The notes below the pieces were generated by a model. That model was not told the origin of the DNA. It did no database searches and worked only from the letters and a program-made list of their open reading frames with translations. This document shows, one piece after another, positions 55,708 through 62,800 of a DNA stretch of 62,800 bases; positions within the stretch are counted from its first letter, which is position 1, and each line of letters opens with the position of its first letter. The DNA is from Methanobacteriota archaeon (GTDB lineage Archaea > Thermoplasmatota > Poseidoniia > Poseidoniales > Poseidoniaceae), in assembly GCA_018650165.1 (NCBI GenBank), contig JABIGM010000037.1:1-62800 (forward strand). The letters run 5' to 3'. The translations under genes were made by a program, and so were the position numbers.

Positions 55708-58700
55708 ATGTCCTCTGCTCGACAAGCGCTATTTTTAGTTGCGCTATTCTTGCTAGGGGGGATTCAAATTCCAAATAATCAAGTCAAATTAGATTTAGTT
55801 GCTGGGCCTTCATTTGAAGGTTTTAGTACACCAAATGATGTTTGGAACGAATCTCCGTTTCGTACAACAGCAGTCCCTGGTGGGTTCAATATCTCAACAG
55901 CACTTGATTACAGTGATGTCGTTGTTCTAATTAATAATCAATCTGAAGCAAGCCGAACGATTGGCTGGGCGTTTGTATCCGCCAGGAATATTTCCACAGA
56001 CAGAATTTTTGTGTTCGATAATGAGTCCACACCTACTGCTGAAACAATTAACAGAGACCAGTTCAATACTTATTTCCTTGAGCCTTTCAGAACAATGCTA
56101 TCTTCTTACAATGGTACCGATATTAATTATCTTGTAACTACTAAAGGTGTACCTCTAAGAATAAATGGAGGTAACGACAAGGCTGCTTTCGATCAAGAAA
56201 TTGCTCTAACAGGAGGTACTTTTGATGCTGATATTGGTTCTAACTGGTGGAGCAATCATGGCTATGGCCCTTTGGCTGGTAAGGCAATGAAAGAATTCAC
56301 ACGTGACGAATATGGATTTTTCCTAGTTACTAGACTGACTGGATACACTGTAGATACCGCGCTTGAACTTATTGAAAAGGCGAACAATTCCTATGGTTCA
56401 AGGGGCACTCATGTTCTTGATTTGGCAACAAACAGAAATGGTTCAGGGTACAAGTTCTGGAATGATGATTTATATGTTGCAAACAGCACACTAAATGGTA
56501 CCATGGGCCTCCCCGTCGTTTTTAATGAAGAGACTGAATTCATTACCAATATCAGCAATGTAATTGGATATGCATCATGGGGTAGCAATGATGGAAATTG
56601 GAATAAAAACTATCTCGCTAATGGCGGATTTGATACCACGGATGCTTCTTGGTCTAGTGGTTCTCGCTATTGGAATGCTTCATCGCCTAATGTTTCGAAT
56701 GGTGATGAATTTCATTGGGAGTTTCAAACTGGTACTAAGCAAGGCGGAGCAGGTTCTGTAGAAGCTCAAATTTCCACGGAATGTATCCAAGAATCTGGCG
56801 ATATGCTTCCGGGAGTGTATGCAGAATATTTTGATAATGAGGGGCTTAGTTTCAATTCAGCAACAATGCCTGATTTGATAGATAGAACTCCAGACCACAT
56901 TCGTATTGATTCTAGTATTGCATATTCTTCATCAAATAATCCCTACCCGGGGTTAGACGACCGATTCAAACACAACTGGGGTGCAAGATTTAGTGGGCTT
57001 ATCGAAATCCCAGAAACTGGAAACTGGACTTTGTTTATCAATTCTGATGATGGCTCCGAACTTTGGATTGATGGAGAAAGCGCAGTACAAAACCACGGGA
57101 TGCATGGAATGAGAGAAAACTCCACTACCCTCAATCTGTCAGCAGGGTTTCATGATTTCAGAATCGAGTTTTTCCAAGGCGGGGGCCCTCACGGTTTGTT
57201 ATTTTCTTGGCAAGGGCCTAATGTGAGCAAAGCACATATTCCATCTTCGGCCTTTTTCGTTGCAGGTGATTATATCCCCCAATCAGAGAGTCTAATTCAT
57301 CACTGGAATTTCGAAGAAGGTTCCGGGAATCAAACTAGTGATGAAGTTTCTAATGATTCTAATTTCACTTTGTATGGAATGAATTCAAGCAATTGGAAAA
57401 ATTGTGTTGATGGGGATTGCTTGTGGTATGACGGTTCTAATGACTATTCTAAGGTTGATGTTGATGATTGGCTAGGAAATTTCACCGTGAGTCAATGGGT
57501 TTGGGCTAATTACTCAAACCAAACAACCTATGCTTCCACGTTTGCAATAGATGATGTTGCAGCCTCTTCACAATCATTCCAGCACATGATTTCGAATAGT
57601 AAATGGAATTTACATAATAATCAAACGAATGTATTTGGAGACGTTGTTGCACAACATTGGTCCCATTTGGTTACAGTATTCGAGGACGGAGAAGCAAGGC
57701 AATATCTTGATGGAGTATTGGTAAATTCTAATACTTACTCAAATGGTTCGATGAACAATTTTGACCTATACAAATTAGGAGTTAATAGAGCCGGAAATTC
57801 ATACTTCGAAGGAATGATTGACAATCTCATGATCTGGGATACTGCACTAAGTAACGGCTCTGTAACTGCATTGAATAGAGATATTGTGACTAATTGTTCA
57901 GCGTATTCTGGCAATGGTCAAGGTGTTGCTTATCTCGAAACAGTTCACGATATTCCAACCAATTTTACAAATCACGCATGGGTCATTTATGGCTATGGTA
58001 AGAGAACTGGAGATGTATATGGAGAATACAATATTGAAGTTGATTCTTTGGATGCGAATGGTTCATTGCTAAACACTAACCAATCCTCTAATCAGGCTTT
58101 TACAACTTCTTGGAATTCCAGAACGATGAGATTTAGGCCGCATCAGGATGCAACTTCGTTTCGAATAAAAATTTCATTAGATATTGTTCCCACTTCAACC
58201 GATGGTTCACTATTTGTTGATTCGACGGTACTACGTGTAATCAGGCCCCATATGGAGTGGGTAAATGGGTCGATTGTTGAAACTGCAGTAAGCACAGGTG
58301 CTCGTTCATTCAATTGGGGCACTTCATACGGCCAATCCCTTGTTGCCGATATTCTTGAGGACGGTGCTAGTGGAATCAAAGGTTATGTCTACGAGCCGTA
58401 CCTCACAGCTGTGGCTTCGCCTAGTGTCCTTCTTTCTTCATACTCTAGTGGATATAATTTGGCCGAATCTTATGCAGCAGCGAATACAATGACTAGTTGG
58501 ATGGGAGTTGTAGTTGGTGACCCAAAGATGAGTCCATATGCAGATATTGTACATGATGTGGAAATCATTGATGTTCAAATTGTTGAAAACGTTTCAATAA
58601 ATCAAACCTTTGAGATAAAAATTGCAATCCAAAATCTAGGTCCAGGCGAAGGACAAGGTACATTGAAAGTATTGGATAAATTAGGAAGTATTGTACTTGC

Positions 58701-60828
58701 TAACCATTCGATGGTTATACCAAACGGTTCGATGAATGGTAGCCGGCAAATTTTGACTTTGCAAGTAAATACATCACGTGCAGGATGGAATAATCTAGTG
58801 ATTAAATGGGATGCCACATCGCCTTTACATCCTGAACGGAATATCGAAAATAATCAATTTGATTTCGTACTCTGGGTGAATACTGCACCTGTAATCGAAG
58901 ATGTTTATTGTGATTCTAGCCAATATAGCAGAGGTGATAGATTCGTATGTAGCGTACAATCTGTCGATGATAGTTTTGTTGAGTCCGTTGATATAGCGTG
59001 GCGAATAACTTCAGGCAATAATAGTACAGAGTGGGTCTGGCTGAATACAAGTAGCCAGGGAGGTTATATTTGGTGGGCTTCGATTGATTTACCGTCGGAC
59101 ATCCCGCTGGGGATGTTAGATTTGACTGTCATCTCTAGAGATGAGGCAAATCTAAGTTCAACTGCAAGTTCTATGGCGATTGCACAAATTACAGATGCCC
59201 CCGCGTTTTGGTTTGGAATTCATATTTCAGGAGTTGATGACACAGAATGGGGTGGTGCGTCAGTACTCACTTCTAACCCTTCAATTGGCGTAAAACGTGG
59301 ACATGTTTTAACTTTGAAATCTTGTGTACTCGACCCTGATCATAACCCTGTAAATCAAACCCCGCAATTCATCTCAAGCCGTGGCCAAATAGATGGCCTG
59401 TCACATCGCTCAGGTAGCAGTTCTGACCACCATTGTTACATTGCATCATTTACAATTCCCTCAGCCACGACTCTAGACCCATTCACACTCGAACTTAGAA
59501 CCGATTCTGGAGATTTCCTCACTCGCAGAACCGTTCAGGTAGCCGATCAAGCACCGATTATTAATTTGACACTGATTAATAGTGAAGGGGATTATGCTGA
59601 AAATATACTTGCAGGCGGTGATGAATCACTGAAGGTCACAATTACAGATGTCGATGACCCCGTTGAGGGAGTATATGGTGATATTACAATCAAATGGCCT
59701 GGCCAAAGTGCGTATACATTCCCTCTAAGTTTTGAGTCTGGAGTTGCCGTTATCCCACTATTAACATCTGAAAGTTTAGAGAGCGATAATTTGGTGATTG
59801 ATGTCACTGTTACAGGGGCAAATGGTGCTAGTAATACATCGCACCTCGAAACTCCTATCCTGCTAAGCCCCCCATCAATTCTTTCGATAACTTTGTGCCA
59901 AGAAGGTGCCGAGGTTGAACAATTGATGTTTGGTCAATCCGCAGATGCCGTTGTACGAATTTATTCTTCTCGGCCGTTATCTAGCGTTACTGCAAATATT
60001 GAGCAGCATGGGTGGGTTGTGTCCGCACCATCGCAATCTGCGACTTCTTGTGGAATCGATATTGCAGGGCAAAGTGATGCTATTCATTTCCGGATACAAC
60101 TAGATTCGTCCTTTGTCCCAGGCGAAGGTGCACTAGGAATCAGAGTTGTTGATATAGATGAAATCGGGTCGGTTTCTTACCTTCATTTCGAGTTTATGCA
60201 TTCACCTCCTGTGATTGAAGTAACTCATGCCGCTAATATTTCACATGCGTCTCTTCTAGAAATATTAGTTGAGATGGAAGATGCAGATGGTATTGATGCT
60301 ACATGCTCTGTTGCTTATTCTAAGAATGGCACAGAGATGTTCTCTCGGCCCGATAGTATTGTTGCCGATTTTGATGGCTCAGGAATTTGGACTAGTTCTT
60401 GGCTAGTGCCAGCGGAAATTAATGACAATATTTCACTTGAGATTTCATGTGTTGATTGGAGTGGGAATATGGTGAATTATTCATCGGATATTATCATTGA
60501 ACAGAAATCTGAATGTGAAGCTGAGTGCGAGAGTATCGGAACTGATAGTAAAGAGGTTACTGGGTCGTATAATACTGTACTTATCGGCGGCGTAATTTCA
60601 CTACTTCTTGTTTCGATATTAGTTACCTTGCGCGTGCGCGCGCGAGGCAGTACTAACGAAAATGCCGAAACTTGGCACTTAGATCAAGCCATTCCAGAAA
60701 CCGATAGTAGAATCCCAGAGGGTTGGACTCTAGAGGAATTTTTGAATTGGCTCGATGGTCCAATTCCTGATGAATGGGAAGAAGCCCAATGGGAACAATA
60801 TCGCAATAGTCTAGAAGATCTACGATAA
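55708..60828 (+). CDS. Giant (1706 aa) surface protein: split TIGR03790-like domain, PA14, LamG/ConA-like, Ig-like domains, TM, Trp-rich tail
   Basis: Signal peptide; VVVLINN, YLVTTKGVPLRI, LVTRLTGY, YASWGSND ... GYVYEP, SWMGVVVGDP; PA14 (INSDDGSELWIDG, HDFRIEFFQGGG); LamG (WSHLVTVF, FEGMIDNLMIW). Confidence 0.8.
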   Translation: MSSARQALFLVALFLLGGIQIPNNQVKLDLVAGPSFEGFSTPNDVWNESPFRTTAVPGGFNISTALDYSDVVVLINNQSEASRTIGWAFVSARNISTDRIFVFDNESTPTAETINRDQFNTYFLEPFRTMLSSYNGTDINYLVTTKGVPLRINGGNDKAAFDQEIALTGGTFDADIGSNWWSNHGYGPLAGKAMKEFTRDEYGFFLVTRLTGYTVDTALELIEKANNSYGSRGTHVLDLATNRNGSGYKFWNDDLYVANSTLNGTMGLPVVFNEETEFITNISNVIGYASWGSNDGNWNKNYLANGGFDTTDASWSSGSRYWNASSPNVSNGDEFHWEFQTGTKQGGAGSVEAQISTECIQESGDMLPGVYAEYFDNEGLSFNSATMPDLIDRTPDHIRIDSSIAYSSSNNPYPGLDDRFKHNWGARFSGLIEIPETGNWTLFINSDDGSELWIDGESAVQNHGMHGMRENSTTLNLSAGFHDFRIEFFQGGGPHGLLFSWQGPNVSKAHIPSSAFFVAGDYIPQSESLIHHWNFEEGSGNQTSDEVSNDSNFTLYGMNSSNWKNCVDGDCLWYDGSNDYSKVDVDDWLGNFTVSQWVWANYSNQTTYASTFAIDDVAASSQSFQHMISNSKWNLHNNQTNVFGDVVAQHWSHLVTVFEDGEARQYLDGVLVNSNTYSNGSMNNFDLYKLGVNRAGNSYFEGMIDNLMIWDTALSNGSVTALNRDIVTNCSAYSGNGQGVAYLETVHDIPTNFTNHAWVIYGYGKRTGDVYGEYNIEVDSLDANGSLLNTNQSSNQAFTTSWNSRTMRFRPHQDATSFRIKISLDIVPTSTDGSLFVDSTVLRVIRPHMEWVNGSIVETAVSTGARSFNWGTSYGQSLVADILEDGASGIKGYVYEPYLTAVASPSVLLSSYSSGYNLAESYAAANTMTSWMGVVVGDPKMSPYADIVHDVEIIDVQIVENVSINQTFEIKIAIQNLGPGEGQGTLKVLDKLGSIVLANHSMVIPNGSMNGSRQILTLQVNTSRAGWNNLVIKWDATSPLHPERNIENNQFDFVLWVNTAPVIEDVYCDSSQYSRGDRFVCSVQSVDDSFVESVDIAWRITSGNNSTEWVWLNTSSQGGYIWWASIDLPSDIPLGMLDLTVISRDEANLSSTASSMAIAQITDAPAFWFGIHISGVDDTEWGGASVLTSNPSIGVKRGHVLTLKSCVLDPDHNPVNQTPQFISSRGQIDGLSHRSGSSSDHHCYIASFTIPSATTLDPFTLELRTDSGDFLTRRTVQVADQAPIINLTLINSEGDYAENILAGGDESLKVTITDVDDPVEGVYGDITIKWPGQSAYTFPLSFESGVAVIPLLTSESLESDNLVIDVTVTGANGASNTSHLETPILLSPPSILSITLCQEGAEVEQLMFGQSADAVVRIYSSRPLSSVTANIEQHGWVVSAPSQSATSCGIDIAGQSDAIHFRIQLDSSFVPGEGALGIRVVDIDEIGSVSYLHFEFMHSPPVIEVTHAANISHASLLEILVEMEDADGIDATCSVAYSKNGTEMFSRPDSIVADFDGSGIWTSSWLVPAEINDNISLEISCVDWSGNMVNYSSDIIIEQKSECEAECESIGTDSKEVTGSYNTVLIGGVISLLLVSILVTLRVRARGSTNENAETWHLDQAIPETDSRIPEGWTLEEFLNWLDGPIPDEWEEAQWEQYRNSLEDLR

Positions 60829-60864
60829 CACAGACTTCATCATGTTTGGTCGACTGGGTGAAGC

Positions 60865-61098
60865 ATGGCTGTTGGATACGTGCTCGTGAATGTTTCGCCT
60901 GGTGATGAATTTGAAGCGTTCGAGGTAATCAAAGATATTGAGAATGTTGTCGATACAACCTTGCTTTTCGGTGATTATGATATTATCGTGAAATTAGAAG
61001 CTAAGACCCTTGGAATAATAGCTCAAACGGTTGTTGATATTATTCGGCAAGTCCCCGGAGTTACAGACACAAAAACTCTTGCTGGCGCTGAGTTTTGA
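60865..61098 (+). CDS. Stand-alone Lrp/AsnC ligand-binding (RAM) domain protein
   Basis: GYVLVNV, LFGDYDIIVKLE, IRQVPGVTDTKT; no HTH. Confidence 0.9.
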   Translation: MAVGYVLVNVSPGDEFEAFEVIKDIENVVDTTLLFGDYDIIVKLEAKTLGIIAQTVVDIIRQVPGVTDTKTLAGAEF

Positions 61099-61111
61099 GC
61101 GGGTTTCGATT

Positions 61112-61177
61112 CGCTATACTGCGCTAATATGGCCTTCGAAACGACTCACTGCGTCCAATATGTAGCGCAGTATAGCG
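61112..61177. repeat. Perfect 15-bp inverted repeat with 36-nt spacer (long hairpin/cruciform)
   Basis: CGCTATACTGCGCTA (61112-61126) and TAGCGCAGTATAGCG (61163-61177); inner ATAT/ATAT and GG/CC pairing with bulges. Confidence 0.9.
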
Positions 61178-61184
61178 GTTTGAC

Positions 61185-61228
61185 GGGGGAAATATTATAA
61201 CCTTTAGGAGTTCGTAGCCTGGGTGAGG
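61185..61228 (+). promoter_or_regulatory. Probable BRE-TATA and SD of the MC1 gene
   Basis: GGGGGAA-ATATTATAA, then GGTGAGG 8 nt before ATG 61237. Confidence 0.55.
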
Positions 61229-61236
61229 TATAACCA

Positions 61237-61500
61237 ATGGGTGAAAAGAAATATTTCGTTCTGATGAAGAACGGAGAAGACACAAGCCAAGTTTTTGCGA
61301 GCAGACAACCACGTGGAGCAGCACTAAAAGCAGCTACACGCGGACATACAGATATACGACTACGTGAGCGTGGAACCAAGAGAGTCCACGTCTTCACCGG
61401 ACGTATCGACACTGTACCAAAGCCAGCAAACGGCCCAGCGTGGCTTCCTGACAAGATCAAGAAGGCTAACGTAAGCAAGACTGGAATCGAGCATCTTTGA
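61237..61500 (+). CDS. mc1: Non-histone chromosomal protein MC1
   Basis: YFVL, VFASRQPRGAALKAATRG, IRLRERGTKRVHVFTG, PAWLPDKIKKANVSK. Confidence 0.95.
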   Translation: MGEKKYFVLMKNGEDTSQVFASRQPRGAALKAATRGHTDIRLRERGTKRVHVFTGRIDTVPKPANGPAWLPDKIKKANVSKTGIEHL

Positions 61501-61547
61501 ATAAAAGATGCGATTTTGAATTGCTGATACTCGTTTTGCGGGATTTT

Positions 61548-61586
61548 GCCCTTCTCAGAACCTAGGTTCTGGGAAGGGCTTTTTTT
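61548..61586 (+). terminator. Stem-loop plus T-run terminator after MC1
   Basis: GCCCTTCTCAGAAC-CTAG-GTTCTGGGAAGGGC (14 bp, one G.U), followed by T7. Confidence 0.8.
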
Positions 61587-61654
61587 ATTTTTATGAGCGG
61601 CCCCTAGTGTGCTGCTTAACATTCCTTTATGTCCGATGTTGATTACGGAGAATT

Positions 61655-62632
61655 GTGAAAATCCGTTCTGGAATACGCGCTATGCTCGGATTTGGCCTAG
61701 GTATAGCATTTATTTCTGTAGGAATCGATCACTTCATCCATCCTTCTTGGTATGAACCAATTGTACCGGAGATACTACCTTCGCCTCGGTTTTGGGTCTT
61801 ACTAAGTGGATTATTTGAGGCCGGATTGGGCCTGATGCTTATTATTCCAAAAACAAGATCTCTAGCAGCACTAGGAATTGCATGGATGCTTGTGGTACTA
61901 TATTGGGCCAATTTCAATATGTGGTACAATGATATTCCATTGAATGGCACTCATTATGATGATGTTTGGCACATCTTAAGATTAGTAATACAAATATTCC
62001 TCATTATTCTACTTACATGGATCGGTGAAATCACTCCATTTAAGGGGAAAGAAAGGGCGATTGATTCGATGGATGTATTCCAAGGAAGAATTACTTCTTG
62101 TGGTTTTGAAAGTGGTGACAGAATCGTTGTGGGTGATTGGGTTTCGTCTCCGTTCGGAAAATTTACCGATATAATGTGGGCTACAAAGGAAGGTAAGCGT
62201 ATTCTAATCGCACCAAATAATCAAATTTCAGATTATGTCCAATCATTGTATACGTTCGATGAAATTGTGATTGAAGAAATTTCTGTTACAAATTTTGAGG
62301 GTGGGATGAAATTGACTTCTGAATCTCTTAACTTAGAGTACCGTTGGAGTCGTGGTTGGACTATTCCATTTAGCAGATCATTATTTTTTATCGCTACTGT
62401 AGAGTCACTATTTGCAAAACTATTTTTCGGGACACGTACTCATGGAATTACCAAAAATGGTCGCAAAGAATGGTATGCAATAGACCGCGTTTCGAGTATT
62501 ACCAATGCTATTGCAACAATAAATAGCCAAGATGCAGGGGGAAAAAGAGCGATGAAGGAACCTTGCAAATTTGGATTCAGTGAAGCGCCAAATAAACCTT
62601 CATCGTGTGAAGTAAGAGCTCATATTCTGTGA
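61655..62632 (+). CDS. DoxX-like membrane domain fused to an uncharacterised soluble domain
   Basis: GIDHFIHP..Y..IVP, SGLFEAGLG, WANFNM (DoxX-like); C-terminal FQGRI...SGDRIVVGDW..SPFG.F.DIMW. Confidence 0.7.
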   Translation: MKIRSGIRAMLGFGLGIAFISVGIDHFIHPSWYEPIVPEILPSPRFWVLLSGLFEAGLGLMLIIPKTRSLAALGIAWMLVVLYWANFNMWYNDIPLNGTHYDDVWHILRLVIQIFLIILLTWIGEITPFKGKERAIDSMDVFQGRITSCGFESGDRIVVGDWVSSPFGKFTDIMWATKEGKRILIAPNNQISDYVQSLYTFDEIVIEEISVTNFEGGMKLTSESLNLEYRWSRGWTIPFSRSLFFIATVESLFAKLFFGTRTHGITKNGRKEWYAIDRVSSITNAIATINSQDAGGKRAMKEPCKFGFSEAPNKPSSCEVRAHIL

Positions 62633-62800
62633 CGCAAGGGTAGCGAGTGTACTGGGGGACTGAACACCCATTGTACTTCTCCATAATGTCTTGAGGGGTT
62701 TGATAGAACCCTTGCGGTTTCATGGAAATGATATGTCGGTTGTCTGTAGCAACCCATTAGAGGCGTTGTGAATTTTTGCTCAAAATTTGAGGGTCTTCTG

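Noticed and set aside
61146-61622. 158-aa minus-strand ORF, and many other 60-160-aa antisense ORFs in the track
   Set aside because: Shadows of well-supported genes on the opposite strand, with no motifs
62633-62800. Possible 3' end of a minus-strand gene at the right edge (stop at 62757-62759)
   Set aside because: Only 13 codons visible; cannot be supported from this window

Overview
Archaeal chromosomal window, inferred to be Marine Group II (Ca. Poseidoniales, Thermoplasmatota) from gene content: MC1, aEF-1alpha, aIF5B, AB-type GINS, PolB, Lhr, Hjc, DacZ and giant single-pass surface proteins. It is densely coding (about 45 CDS, 2 tRNAs), with no rRNA, CRISPR, integrase or transposase seen. 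Core blocks are prs, rpl7ae-rps28e-rpl24e-ndk-infB, tuf-rps10, polB, serS, ilvE, folC-dCMP deaminase, lhr and hjc. About 30% of the window encodes four large membrane-anchored surface proteins. Best leads: (1) five CAATTG boxes in the AT-rich divergent gap at 921-1084, with the same CAATTG-N4-TTTAAAAA-N2-CAATTG cassette repeated before infB (candidate origin, centromere-like site or operator); (2) a ParA + ribbon-helix-helix + catalytically dead half-PIN cassette, converging with a long coiled-coil protein gene; (3) a presenilin-type protease with an ~400-aa built-in ectodomain, near an S2P-PDZ protease, a signal peptidase and type-I surface proteins that share a Trp-rich cytoplasmic tail motif; (4) a macrodomain-DacZ pair beside an RNase H-fold protein and Hjc; (5) a textbook K-turn containing the rpl7ae start codon; (6) long inverted repeats on both sides of the MC1 gene. 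All family assignments come from motifs read by eye, with no database search; several start codons were re-picked and are approximate.
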